Shown: piece by piece, positions 24,645 to 37,615 of the stretch
Layout: each line of letters opens with the position of its first letter
Numbering within the stretch: position 1 is the stretch's first letter
Source: Felis catus
Lineage: Eukaryota
Reading direction: 5' to 3'
DNA: 64,000 nucleotides
NCBI RefSeq assembly: GCF_018350175.1
Contig: NC_058385.1
Span: forward strand, 11,470,001-11,534,000
Position numbers and translations under genes: made by a program
The notes under the pieces: generated by a model
What the model saw: only the letters and a program-made list of their open reading frames with translations
Databases searched by the model: none
What the model was told of the DNA's origin: nothing

Positions 24645-25380
24645 TGTTTCGTTTAGCTACTGCTGTGCAACAAACCACTCCACAAAACTGACTGGCTTAA
24701 AGGGGTAATGACTGGGGCGCCTGGGTGGCACAGTGGGTTAAGCGTCCGGCTTCAGCCAGGTCACGATCTCGCGGTCCATGAGTTCGAGCCCCGCGTCGGG
24801 CTCTGGGCTGATGGCTCAGAGCCTGGAGCCTGTTTCCAATTCTGTGTCTCCCTCTCTCTCTGCCCCTCCCCCGTTCATGCTCTGTCTCTCTCTGTCCCAA
24901 AAATAAATAAAAACGTTGAAAAAAATTTTTTTTTAAAAAATAAAAAAAAAAAGGGGGTAATGATTGATTATTTACCAAAATTCTGTACATTCAGCTGGCT
25001 GTTCTTCTGGGTTTCTCTTCTGCTTCACAGGATGGAGCGAAGGTCTTTCACTGAGCACTCGCAGCTGGGACCATGGCTGGGGCTGTAACTTCTAAGATGT
25101 CTTTTCATCCTCTAAGGCCCCTGCCTACTTCCACTTGGCCGTCACCATTTCAGTCTAGCACAAGTTTCCCTACAGCATGGCAACTGGCTTCCAAAAGATA
25201 GCCTTCCAAGTGAACAAGGCCCATTGTGCAAATGATTATAAAGGTTCTGCTTATATCTCACTTGCTAGCGTTCTGTTGGCCAAAGCAAGTCAAGTGGCCA
25301 AGCCCGTGGTCAACTTGAGAGGGATCACATGTGGACATAAACATCAGGAGGCAGGGCCAGCAATGGGACGGTCTACCATA
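24645..25380 (-). mobile_element. MLT1-type ERVL-MaLR solo LTR, interrupted by a SINE
   Basis: tgtttcgtttagctactgctgtgcaacaaaccactccacaaaactgactggcttaaa...ttggccaaagcaagtcaagtggccaagccc...ggtctaccata. Confidence 0.75.
24714..24948 (+). mobile_element. Young feline CanSINE inside the MLT1 LTR
   Basis: Near-consensus body; TSD aaaggggtaatgact / aaagggggtaatgatt. Confidence 0.96.
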
Positions 25381-25464
25381 GATCCACAAAAGGATTTACA
25401 ACTCAGAAGGAACACAGAATCAGAAAATTCTCCAATTCTGATTTGCATTAGAAATGTCATAAAC

Positions 25465-25648
25465 AGGAGCCCTTGAGTAGCTCAGTCAGTTGAGCATTCA
25501 GCTCTTGATTTCAGTCTAGGTCATGATCCCAGGGTCATGGGACCAAGCCTTGCATCAACGCAGAGCCTCTCTGTCTCTCTCTCTCCCTCTGCCCCTCTCC
25601 CCAGTTCACATGCTCTCTCTCTCTCAAATAAAAATTAAAATTAAAAAA
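25465..25648 (+). mobile_element. Old, diverged CanSINE with an internal deletion
   Basis: aggagcccttgagtagctcagtcagttgagcattcagctcttgatttc; TSD agaaatgtcata. Confidence 0.85.
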
Positions 25649-27006
25649 AGAAATGTCATAGATTCCTTCTTGTTTCAATAATAATAGATAAGACAAATGG
25701 TGCTGACAAGCTTTTAAAATGTCAGAAAGATAGGCCTTCCGGTCTTTGCACTTCAGTAGAAGGGCAAAATTCCAGTCTCTGGCCTTAGAGTCACAAAACT
25801 TCAAATTCAACTTTTTAAGGACACCCATTATTGATCAAGCTAAAAGGGAACAGTAGAGCTAAGTAAACTTACAAACGACAGCCTCATCAACCAGATATAA
25901 ATTCAATAGGTTTCAAAGACAGACGTAACTGATTTACAAATGGAGACTATCTGCAAGCCCAATCTTGACAGATAAATCTCCCCAGGAAAACAAATTATAA
26001 AAGCAGAGGTTGTTTTATGAACACAAATTTGGAACAAGGGGAGCTGGATATTCTCACTGGATACTTCCATTAAAGTTGATGAATTGTCCTTCTCTGTTCT
26101 ACAAACATCTCTATTTTAAGAACTGACTCAGTTCTGTTAAATTACAGCAACATTGCCTCTTCATAGGACTAAAAACACACTGATATAACACTATTTTTGC
26201 TAGCAATGATTATGAACAGGATTAACAATGAGAGTCAATTTTTTTCTCAATATTACACGTTGCAGAAAGCCAGTAATTTTTTTTGTCCAAGATAATATTC
26301 ATATTTATTATGCATGACCCAGAAAGTTCTGTTGACACATAATGTTGATTCAGTAATGAGCGCACTTCCATTTTTAATCTGATAATCCCCATGGCTAACA
26401 GGTTGCCACAGCCAAATGATGCTTTTGTAGTTTAGTTAACATCTGCCGATGATTGAACCTAAGGACAGTATCCATCAACAGTTGCAAATTTGCTTCCCAG
26501 AATCAAGATTACAACTAAACAGCAAGGCTTTGCATCCTCTAAGGCAGTCTATTAAATTCATTTACATATGAAATTTATACCCTCTACAAATGTAACTTAT
26601 ACATGCCACTGTTATTCCTGACCTTTCAGTGAATTCAAAACAAAATGGGCAAAGGGGGATTTACTGAAACTCTTCAGTAAGAGTTTGTGTTTTTGTTTGT
26701 GCATTAAGATAACAAGCCCACAGTCTGAGAAGTGGAATATGTGAATTTTACATATAGCATTTCCTTCTATGAAATCTGTAGGCCAAACTCTCAAAATTCA
26801 GCTTTCATGAAGGGAGTGCAATTTTTCTATGATGATTGTTCTTCCTCCCATGGCAAAATATTCTTCATTACATTATAGACTTGATTAAGTGATTCATTAG
26901 ATGAGGATGGAGAAATCGTCAACCCATTAACTGTGTCATATGTAAAAAAGCTTGGTCTCTTTAAATATCAAATAGCTCATGTGTCAATATTAAATTTCCA
27001 GTTCCT

Positions 27007-27247
27007 GGGGCGCCTGGGTGGCGCAGTCGGTTAAGCGTCCGGCTTCAGCCAGGTCATGATCTTGCGGTCCGTGAGTTCGAGCCCCACGTCAGGCTCTGGG
27101 CTGATGGCTCGGAGCCTGGAGCCTGTTTCCAATTCTGTGTCTCCCTCTCTCTCTGCCCCTCCCCCGTTCATGCTCTGTCTCTCTCTGTCCCAAAAATAAA
27201 TAAACGAAAAAAAAAATTAAAAAAAAATAAAAATAAAAATAAAAAAA
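27007..27247 (+). mobile_element. Young feline CanSINE
   Basis: TSD taaatttccagttcc at 26991-27005 and 27248-27262. Confidence 0.97.
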
Positions 27248-30200
27248 TAAATTTCCAGTTCCCAAAACATGGCTACACAAGTCTTTCTCAAGAAATGTAT
27301 TTATTTGAGCATTTGTGGAACGGATGTTCCATGCATGAAGAGCCAGTAAGTGACTCTGCAATATGGAACCACACTGACCATTTTAAGCACCCAATTCTTG
27401 GATTTACAACCCACAATGAAACATCTCACATTTGAATAGTTTGCTATCACCTCGAATTCAACCTGTTCAGTTAGCATTGATCAATAATGTTCACGAGGTA
27501 CTCTGAGAAATGCCAGGGGTTCTCAGAGCTAACCCAGAGGCCACAGAGTTGAGAGGGAATCATGTCGAACTCAAGATTGCCAACTCCCTTCGAGTAGAGA
27601 AATTCTTCTTTTATTTGTTTTATAGAATTATTTCCCCTTAAGCTCTTTTGATAAAGGGGAGCAAATATTGAGCACAGAGTAAGTGCTAGGTAAACATTAT
27701 CATAACAACAATACCTCTATTTCCTGCGTGGGCAGATTTCTCCACTGTAACACAGACCCACCGAATCAAATGCTCTGGAAAAACCATCTGCATTTTAATT
27801 TTCCCCAATGAATCGTATGCAGGTGAAGTTAGAAACACTGATCCAGAGGGACTGATGGGTATTTAGTATATAAAAGAGGAACATCACTGCTACTTTCAAG
27901 AATTAGAAGTGGAAGGGGACAAGTAAGAGGATACCAGTTTTGTCTGGCCCAAAAAGCAGAACGAGGATCTTGGTAAAAGCGAGAAGCGAATTTGGGCTCA
28001 ATACAAAAAACTTTCCAACGACGTCTGTGCAAAGACCATGTAGGCTTCTTTGAGAAATAGTTGTCTGCCCCCTTGTGCCTGAGATTGATTGTTCATTTAA
28101 TTGTGGACTTCTCCAGGATGGTTGTAGAGGTTACTTGAGCATCTTTTGGGATGCTTAGACTACCTTCCAACCTTAAGTGTCATGATTCTGGGCATTATGT
28201 CACACATGGAAGCAGACGTTTTCTAAATAACATTCATCCCCAGGTGCTTTTAGTTCTTCCTCACCTTCACCCAATACATTTGTTCAAAGAAGAGTCTTTT
28301 TTCAAAGATTTTGGTATGTGGAGGGCTCTTTGGAAGATAGCTTCAGATATTCTCAGATCAGGATACTACACCGTGTAGGCCAAAAGTGCTCTGAAAGCAT
28401 AGGTACATGTCTTAGAAAAATGCACAGGAAGCCCTCTCTCAGGGGACAGAACCACACTGTATGGGACAAAACAAGAGTTTCCACTTGGTGCCCGTGTCCA
28501 CCAGCAACCATTCCTTAAACAGTTCAACCACGCTCACGGAGCTCTTGAAATTAATCCTCGAAGCCTGATGGAACCATTATGTTCCTTTGCACAGCTGCTA
28601 CCGTGAGTCTCATAAGACACCACCTTGCTTATAAGACCAGAACGTTAATCATATGTTAGGACTGAAAACACAAGGTAAAAAGGCATAAAATCTAGACTGT
28701 TTCCATGCCACTATCGCAAGTATTAAAAAATATATACCTACACACTTTTATAATATAGATTTGTGGAAGGATGAAAATGCTGCTCTCATTTATAGTTTCC
28801 TCNNNNNNNNNNNNNNNNNNNNNNNNNNNNNNNNNNNNNNNNNNNNNNNNNNNNNNNNNNNNNNNNNNNNNNNNNNNNNNNNNNNNNNNNNNNNNNNNNN
28901 NNNNNNNNNNNNNNNNNNNNNNNNNNNNNNNNNNNNNNNNNNNNNNNNNNNNNNNNNNNNNNNNNNNNNNNNNNNNNNNNNNNNNNNNNNNNNNNNNNNN
29001 NNNNNNNNNNNNNNNNNNNNNNNNNNNNNNNNNNNNNNNNAACCCATTTTTTAGCTAGCACAAGCAAAGCACGCTGGTGNNNNNNNNNNNNNNNNNNNNN
29101 NNNNNNNNNNNNNNNNNNNNNNNNNNNNNNNNNNNNNNNNNNNNNNNNNNNNNNNNNNNNNNNNNNNNNNNNNNNNNNNNNNNNNNNNNNNNNNNNNNNN
29201 NNNNNNNNNNNNNNNNNNNNNNNNNNNNNNNNNNNNNNNNNNNNNNNNNNNNNNNNNNNNNNNNNNNNNNNNNNNNNNNNNNNNNNNNNNNNNAGTAGAA
29301 CTACAATAGTGGCACATTTCAAGCTGGGAAATAATAGATCAATACACAAGGCTCTTTCCCGTGGGATAATACTGCTATTTGTTCTTATTTTGTGATTTGT
29401 TTTTACTCATCAAATCACAAGTACAATGCATTTCTGTGTTAACCTTCAATTTGTAAATGATCATTTGTATTCGAAGACTCAGAACACTGCACAGAGAAAA
29501 GAGGGTGCAATTTTCAAAGAAAGGCCGAGTCTTGTGAACAAAGGAGAACAAAATAAAATAAGCAAAGCATTTTAGGGAAAGAATTAGTGCTTTAGGAGCT
29601 CCTGGCTAGCGTGTGACTCTCTCCTTCTAATAGGTAAACCAAGCCTAATGAGGCAGTGTTTGTGGTACTGGACAAATACAACTGTTTTCTCCCCATAGGA
29701 AAAAAATATTTACAGCTTTGGTTTAATTTGGCATTAGGAAAGTTTAGCATGTTCGTTTGCTTGTTTTGGAAGAAAAAAAATGTTCATTATCTCAAAAGTG
29801 CAGATGTTTTACCTTGAATTTTGTGGTTTGGTAAGGATCTTAGTTTGTGAGAGCTCAGCTGTTTCTGATCTAATACAAAACCTTATCACTGATTTCTTTT
29901 ACATAATTCTGGGTCAGCGTCAGCACCATTGTCCAATAATAAAACACGCTTTAGTCCATTTATCTTTTGACCAGTTTTCTTACATCATTTCAGATGTATA
30001 TTACAATCTAACAGCTCCCAGTTATTAAAAAAAAAACCTAGTTCATAAACATGAACCATAGATACAAACCACAGATAAATCTTTGCAGACCGTTATTTCT
30101 TCATAAAAGATAATGAAACAATATCAAGACAGAAATTCAAAACATTTCTCCAAAATCACAAAGAAGAAAAAGTTTCCATGTACAGATAAATAAATGAACC

Positions 30201-33200
30201 CGTGAGATTTTCACAGTGATCATGCACACCTTTCTTAGGAAAATTCTGTCCATTTTTCTCTTTCCAAGTACAAACAGACTTTTCTCTGCCAGGAAGTGTC
30301 TTTTTAAAAATAAGGATGTGACCCGCCACGAAAAGGAACAAGTGGCTGGTCACCCGGGAACTCTTCATTGCTAACTGATGACAGTGATGATGTTGTGAGA
30401 AGCTTCCAGAAGGACCCAGTGGGAACCGTTAGCATGGAAGTGCTGGAGAAATCCAAAACTCACCCTATCAGTGTTTCAGCAGGACTTTCAAGTCTTCAAA
30501 TGTAGGAAGAAGAAAGAAGGGTCAACAGCCAGGACACAGGTAAAGGTTAGTTTTTAATCCCCAGTGCCCATGTTCATTCATGGCCCCTAGAGGAGATTCT
30601 CAGACCTGGCCTCAGCATACTGGCCTTGCCCCTCTGAGAGGGGTTAGCACTATCCCAAAGGACAAACTCTGTAGAAGACAGACAAGAAATGAGGGCAAAT
30701 TTTTATTACTCCCACCATGCTGCCTTCTGAAGACCCTGTCCTCAGGGTTAGGCACACCAGCCCACTGTTCCCAGGCAAAGAGGTGACAGTTGCTGACCTG
30801 TACGAAAGGTTGGGGCACTGGGGGAGGAATGGGGGAGTGGGGCTTACTTAATGAGGAGAAAAAGAAAAGTGTAATTCAAGGAGCAGTGGTTGATTACTCT
30901 GCTATTGTAGGGATCGATCTTCCATAACAAACACATGAAACATTAACAGAACAAAATGATTGCAAAGTCATCTTAAGACAAGGTCTATGCATGAACTAAA
31001 TTAGGGGCTGTGGATAAAATCAGACAATGCTTGGATTAACTTCGTCCTTTCCTTTGCATTCAGATTCTGCTCAGGATGTTCTATAGGAAAGATCACGAGG
31101 TGCGTAGCTTGGGGCCAATATTTCCCAAGTAGAGCAAAGATGCTTCACTGGACTCCAGTGTTCAGGGAGATCTGCCTTTACTAGATGTTGTGAGTGGCTT
31201 TGTACAATAAGCTGGTTTCTTGTGTCAGACGAGTTCTCTTTCAAGCTGGCTGAGAGTTTATTTTCTACTCTGTATGAAAATTCTACAGAGAACCTAATAG
31301 CACAGAATGGAGTCCAGAAATCATTTGTAATACTCAACCACAACACGGATTTTATTTTATGCCTCCTTCTAAATAAGTCTTTTCTAAATATATTTTAGAG
31401 GGCTGACGGCACATAAAAGGGAGCTATTAAGGAGAACCACAGGGTGTCCGTGATGGGAAGGGCTGATTATCACTGACAGCCTCCAACTTTGGAATTCATG
31501 GAAAGGCAAACCACAAATATTTCAGAGAGACTAGCAAGCAGATAAATTTTATGCCACATTGCCCTTCTCCCTTCTTCTCCTCTTCCCTCTCCCCTGCCTT
31601 CCCAATTTCTTCTCAAATGGTACATCTGGGTGAGGTGTTCTGGGAAGCCTTCTTGTGTCAACACAATCAACATGATACAGACACATCAGCATCTTTTTAA
31701 AAGGTAAGCTTGCTCAGTCCAGAGCAGCCTTCTAATTAGAAAGTGCTATATTTATTTATACCCTCCTTTGCACGGCATTAGGAGGCATTATTCTGCAGTA
31801 GGATACTCTGAGAAAAACTCCGTGCTTTCCAAACACTAGATTTCAGGGAGGTCCTCGGCAAAACTGTGAAGCGAATTTGAATCTTTTCCTTCATTCAGGT
31901 TTCAGTCTGTGACCTTGCACCCAGATCCCATGAATAGAACATTGTCCTCACAGGGCAGAGGCTCAATAACTGGACATTTTCTGGGTCCCTGAATTTGTAC
32001 AATGAGATATCAACTCCAATCTGTGAGCACAATGCTCCAGTGGCTGCAAGAAATGGCANNNNNNNNNNNNNNNNNNNNNNNNNNNNNNNNNNNNNNNNNN
32101 NNNNNNNNNNNNNNNNNNNNNNNNNNNNNNNNNNNNNNNNNNNNNNNNNNNNNNNNNNNNNNNNNNNNNNNNNNNNNNNNNNNNNNNNNNGTGCNNNNNN
32201 NNNNNNNNNNNNNNNNNNNNNNNNNNNNNNNNNNNNNNNNNNNNNNNNNNNNNNNNNNNNNNNNNNNNNNNNNNNNNNNNNNNNNNNNNNNNNNNNNNNN
32301 NNNNNNNNNNNNNNNNNNNNNNNNNNNNNNNNNNNNNNNNNNNNNNNNNNNNNNNNNNNNNNNNNNNNNNNNNNNNNNNNNNNNNNNNNNNNNNNNNNNN
32401 NNNNNNNNNNNNCTACAGCACTACCCTTTGTTCTGAGTTCACAATAAGCCGCGCTTACACTTACATATTCATGTACTCTCGGAGATGAAAAGCGTTAGTT
32501 AGAAATGGATAAAGGAGGCGGGGGGGGGGGGGCATGCGTCTCATGCTCCTGTTCTGCTGTGGGGTTCCCCCCCTCTGGATTTTTAAGCTCACCTGGAAAG
32601 AAAAAGGAAACTAAACCCAGTCCAATTCATGCACACAACCATTTTGAAAAACGTGTGAGTGAATTTGTATCATAAACACAATGAGTCCTAATCACTAAGG
32701 AGCACAAACCAGGGAAGCCAAGCTGCAACCGAGTAGCCGCCAGATAATAAAAGCAAGGCTTCTACAATTATTTCAATGTTTGCATTAGTCCTAAAGCTTT
32801 GATGGTTTCCAAAGATAAAGCAATTATTTCTTATTCTGCTTGCAGTGCGGAGGAGAATAACGTGGACAAGTTCACACCTGTCAAACAATAATGGTCCCAA
32901 TACCTGGTAACACGACAAATGCGAAAGAGTTGATCCTTTGGGCCAACGCCACCCAGAGACGGTTGTAGGCTCCAAAGGCCAAGTGAAAGATTCAGTCACG
33001 TTGCAGTTGGTTTACATAAATCTGGAGAATTGTGCCTTAAAGGAGACTAGATTCCAGGAGGACACAATATATCTGTGTGTAGGAAAGGACAAAGGACTAT
33101 TACTACGTATGACCAGGAATCTAGACTACCTTGTTTCTCAGTGCATTTCCAGCACCTTCCATAGTCCCTGGCTCAGGGAGGGTACTTTGTGAACATTTAC

Positions 33201-33389
33201 TTAGTTATGTAAGTGAGAGGAAGAGAAAGGAAGAGAAAGATTTTTGAAAACTTCCCTGGAAACACCTTCTTCTCTTCCATTCCATTCTGTCATTTTCTCT
33301 AGTAAAAGCAGGAAGGCCTCCACTGTCAAGTGCTTTCTCTCCTCTGTCTTTGGGGTCTTGCAAGAAGGGCCTTTATGAAATCATACTTC

Positions 33390-33643
33390 GGGGCGCCTGG
33401 GTGGCTCAGTCGGTTGAGCGTCTGACTTCGGCTCAGGTCATGATCTCACGGCTCGTGAGTTTGAGCCCCACGTCGGGCTCTGTGCTGACGGCTCAGAGCC
33501 TGGAGCCTGCTTCATATTCTGGGTCTCCCTCTCTCTCTCTCTGCCCTCTCCCGCTCATGCTGTCTCTCTCTGTCTCTCAAAAATAAATAAAATAAACATT
33601 AAAAAATTTTTTTAATTTAAAAAATTTTTAAAAATTAAAAAAA
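33390..33643 (+). mobile_element. CanSINE
   Basis: Full body; TSD gaaatcatacttc / gaaattatagttc. Confidence 0.96.
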
Positions 33644-34139
33644 GGAAATTATAGTTCATCCCTTCTTGAATGTTCTACTTGCTCAAACCAAAACAGAATT
33701 CAATCCATTCCTTCTGGGGATACTCACAGAGCATCCATGAGCCCGACTGGTATGCAGACCCTCATGGAGCTCACAGACACAAACTTAGACCATTAGACAA
33801 TTTTGTAAGCAGCCTTTTTGGATGTGTTCTAAGTGCCACAAAGTTCTAAGTGCCACAGGGGCACAAAGGAGTTTGATTGTGAGTGGGGAGTTCAGGGAAG
33901 GTTTCTCAGGACACATGTCTTATGAACTAGGCCCTGGAGGGTGGCTCAGCACTTGACAGGCAGACAAGTGAGTGTTCCATGAAGAAGGGTAGGACGAACA
34001 AACCAACAGAGCATGATAAAGCACTGAGTGTTCAAGAATCAGCAAGTGGTCCAGTGTCCTAAACACTGCACACCATGAAATGAGACAGAAAAAGGTAATC
34101 TGGAACAGATTCTGATAAATGGTCTTAATCATAAGACAG

Positions 34140-34320
34140 CTACTATTCCTTTAGCATTTATTATTCTAAGCACATAGGCATTTACTTTCATAATAAACCT
34201 CATTTTTGAGTGGGGCTTCCAGAGTAAATGACTCGTCCAAAGTCATGGATGTATGTACGTACTTGAACTCAATCAGGTCCATGACTATCTAAGTCCAAAG
34301 CCCAGGCTCTTCATCATCAC
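34140..34320 (-). mobile_element. MIR SINE
   Basis: aaatgactcgtccaaagtcatgg...gaactcaatcaggtccatgactatctaagtccaaagcccaggctctt. Confidence 0.65.
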
Positions 34321-34728
34321 TTTTTTTTTAAACAAATGCCAGGACAGAGTAACCTGAACATTTGTAAGCCCTTTTAATGTAGGGCCTTTTCACAACACTT
34401 CTATGGATTTCTACAGACCTTCTCAGCCCTATATGTAGAAAAAGAGAATTCTGAGGAAGGAGGTAAAAACTAAGGAAGGAGGTAAAAACTAAGGAAGAGT
34501 TCATTATTACACCCATGGGTTTTTATGAAGAGGGTTAAAATAGCAGGTGACTGCGTTGGCTATTTAGGGACAAGCTTGGTTTTAGGGAAGTGCTATTTCC
34601 TTGTTGCTTCCAGAACAGTCATGTATCTCCTAAGGTGCTCAAGGCCACATCAGGTGCTCTGTATGGAAACTAGGGTCCTGAGACTGGAAATAATAACAAA
34701 AAGAAATAAATATTAAAAAACCACTGAT

Positions 34729-36369
34729 ACTTTTGAAACGAGTGGCGGGGAAGTGCTGTGTGGGAGTTCTCCCTGTCTCTGTCTGCCAGGTGGAGCCTGC
34801 TCCTTCGCTCCACCGTCTATAGGCCTGCCCTTGGCACTGCAGCTGCCCCCAGAAGTGCCGAAGTCATGGCCAAGTTCTCATTTGGCTTCAACACCATTTT
34901 ACATCAGCATGCCATATAACCATCTGAAACCTTTACTAGAGTGCAGAAATATGGACTCGCCTTGCTTGTAACCACTGATTCTGAGCTCATAAAATACCTA
35001 GAGGCACCACAGTGGCTCAGGTGGTTGAGCATCTGACTTCCGCTCAGGTCATGATCTCACAACTCTTGAGTTCGAGCCCCACGTCGGGCTCTGTGCTGAC
35101 AGCTCAGAGCCTGGAGCCTGCTTCGGATTCTGTGTCTCCCTCTCTCTCTGCCCCCTCCTGCTCATTTTCTTTCTCTCTCAGAGTAAATAAACCTTAAAAA
35201 AAAAAAAAAAAAGACCTAAATAATGGGGTGGGACAACCAAAAGATTGGTTACATAAGGGTTCAGTTCAGAAGCTGGAGACAGTCATCTCGAATGTTGAAA
35301 GTGGCGAGGTCCTTGAAAGGTGGCAATTGATATTGAGTGCGACAAGACAGCAAAAGATGACAGTGCACCCAGAGAAAAGTCTCCAAAACTTATCCAAGAT
35401 GAAATCCGTTCCGTGATCAGACGGATCACAGCTACAGTGACATTCCTGCCACTGTTGGAAGTTTCCTGTTCCACTGATTTGTAAAGGATATGGTTGTACC
35501 TGGAAAATGGAAAGGGTTGGGACCACAGTTCATTACGAATTCTGAGGAGGTCTGTCTTCATTCATCTGCCACCACGATCCACAAAGAAAGTAGCATGGTG
35601 GCCTACAAAATTCTTGTCCATGACTGAGGATAAGATAAGGACAATGATGTACTGGTAATTCTCACATGTGATTTTCCTGAAACCAAGTCAACCAGAGTTG
35701 ATACATTTTGTTTCATTGGCTAATTTTTAGATTGGGGGTGGGGGTGGGGGCAACGTAACACTAGACTTCCATTGAACTGTACGTAATTGTTCCATTTTTG
35801 GGTACCTGTATGAGTTTATACAGGGTTGACATAAATTATTGCACACTGTTCAGAAGGGAACTAACAGATTACCCCAGCATTGTTATGTCAATTCCTTTAA
35901 GGTGGTAACTGTAGATGGAAAGCTGTTGCTATAAAGCTAAATACCTTCTTAAATCAGCCCTTTTGGTCAAGCATCTTGACTCAGAATATAGGTGGGGAGA
36001 TATTTAAATATAAAATACAACAAAAGAAGTCTGAATATTCAGAGTCTTTGGTTAGATCCTGAAGTTATCTAATGAGAACCCATAAGTAATGAACTGCTGC
36101 TTCTATTAGGTCCTAGCCATTTATTTCATTTGTCTAGTTTCCATACTGAAAACATTTTAAATTACTTGATTTTAATTTATGTTAACTTGAATCTACAAAG
36201 CTATGGATATTTCTATATATACCCATATATATAGATAGATATAAATTCTGTATCTATATCGGTATCTAATTCTATGTCTACATCCTATATCACAGGATAT
36301 AAGTTCCTGTGATACAGAACTCTCAGAAATGTTTTTTTAATTAAAGTTTTATAAAATCAAGCTTAAAAA
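34729..36369 (+). pseudogene. MAD2L1: Processed (retro)pseudogene of MAD2L1 (spindle checkpoint protein MAD2A): 5'UTR remnant, disrupted CDS 34831-35627, ~740 nt 3'UTR and A-tail
   Basis: Translation across the lesions gives (L)ALQL..SAEVMAKFSFGFNTILHQHAI*PSETFTRVQKYGLALLVTTDSELIKYL [SINE] LNNGVGQPKDWLHKGSVQKLETVISNVESGEVLERWQ/DIECDKTAKDDSAPREKSPKLIQDEIRSVIRRITATVTFLPLLEVSCS...VVPGKWKGLGPQFITNSEEVCLHSSATTIHKESSMVAYKILVHD*, collinear with MAD2. No introns. ATG is TTG at 34831; TAA at 34917; 1-nt deletion near 35328; deletions near the N-terminus and near 35485. Degenerate TSD aaaaaaccactgat (34715-34728) / aaaataaccctgat (36370-36383). Confidence 0.96.
35001..35208 (+). mobile_element. CanSINE inserted in the MAD2L1 pseudogene CDS
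   Basis: Splits the ELIKYL/LNN codons; TSD aaaataccta (34991-35000) / aaaagaccta (35209-35218). Confidence 0.96.
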
Positions 36370-36453
36370 AAAATAACCCTGATGACCACCAGCCCCTCTA
36401 TCTTGGACTGTGCCACAGGCATCCTAGACAGAAAGAAGCCATTTGATTCTTTA

Positions 36454-36647
36454 ATTTTTTTTTTAATGTTTATTTTTGAGAGAGAGAGAGAGAGCAGGGA
36501 AGGGGCAGAGAGAGAAGGAGACACAGAATCCAAAGCAGGCTCCAGGCTCTGAGCTGTCAGCACAGAGCCTGACGCGGGACTTAAACCCACGAACCGCGAG
36601 ATCATGACCCAAGCTGAAGTTGGAGGTTTAACCAACCCAGGTGCCCC
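36454..36647 (-). mobile_element. CanSINE
   Basis: TSD gaagccatttgattcttta / gaagccatctgattcttta. Confidence 0.96.
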
Positions 36648-36909
36648 AGGAAGCCATCTGATTCTTTAGAGTTCTGGAAAAAGTACCCTACATGCTCTTT
36701 TCATCATTTAGTTCAGGACCTCTCAAACTTTGTGACCAAGGTGGTATTCCTAATGGGTAAGCCTCAATAATATAAATTAAACGTATTATCCAAGCAAGCT
36801 TAAAGAAAGGGATTTCTGGTTAATAAAGCATTGTGTTTGGTAAACAGTTTCTGGGCATGAAGAAAATGAGTTGGAATTACTAAAGCAGTTATATTAAAAT
36901 CCTCTAGAA

Positions 36910-37119
36910 CAGGCTTTCTCAACTTGACCACTATTAACATTTTAAACTAAATTATTCTGTTTTAGGGGCTGTCTTGTGCATTGTAGGATGTTAAGCAGCC
37001 TCCTTGGCCTCCACCTACTAGATGTCAGTAGTGTTCCCCAGGCTTAACACACAAAACTATCTCCACACATTGCCAAATGTCCCCCAAGGGAAAGAATCAC
37101 CGTCAGCTGAGAATCCCTG
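36910..37119 (+). mobile_element. MER20 (hAT-Charlie non-autonomous DNA transposon)
   Basis: Matches the recalled MER20 consensus (ggggctgtcttgtgcattgtaggatgttaagcagc...ctagatgtcagtag...cattgccaaatgtcccc); TIRs caggctttctca / tgagaatccctg; TSD ctctagaa / ctctaaac. Confidence 0.88.
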
Positions 37120-37289
37120 CTCTAAACATTCATATTTAATGAGCATAATCTAACCTTGTTTTGGTGAGACAAAAGGCACCTTAGAATCCTTTTGTGACTT
37201 AGATAAGAAGATGAGATCAAAGACAGTTTAACATTCTAATTTAATGAAACATCACATCACAAAGCTAACAGTAATATTAAGTAGTGAAT

Positions 37290-37400
37290 ATTTGTCTATT
37301 AGATCCACCTCTGAGGAAAACATTCATTATTTATACCATTTTGCAAATGAGAAAACTCACGGCTCAGGGAGCTGAAGTGACATGTCCAAAAACAAGTTAT
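37290..37400 (-). mobile_element. MIR SINE
   Basis: ccattttgcaaatgagaaaactcacggctcagggagctgaagtgacatgtccaaaa. Confidence 0.7.
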
Positions 37401-37615
37401 GAAGTCTTGGGTGAATGTTCTGGGCCCACAGAAATCCTGGGCCACTACAGATCCTGCCTCCTGTTGAAATAACACAGACTCTTGGACTTGCATTTCCTCA
37501 AAACTACATGAGCCACCTCATGATGACAACCCCCATTCATAATGTCTTAAATTTTTTTTCAACTTTCCCTTTCACAGGCAACATGCTTTTAATGCCAGAA
37601 TTTCACTGGACATGA

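Noticed and set aside
30156-30539. Exon-like segment (ctctgccAG...CAG|GTAAAG) and a superficial ILIFKK similarity to GCSAM on the minus strand
   Set aside because: All three plus-strand frames contain stops, and the similarity does not extend.
32454-32500. Possible minus-strand micro-exon with a ctaactaac branch point and GTAAGT donors
   Set aside because: The acceptors are weak GAG sites and the lengths (11/13/17/19 nt) do not preserve frame.
32688-32999. 103-aa minus-strand ORF with a hydrophobic C-terminus, and a plus-strand 62-nt exon-like segment at ~32848-32909
   Set aside because: No recognisable homology or consistent splice context.
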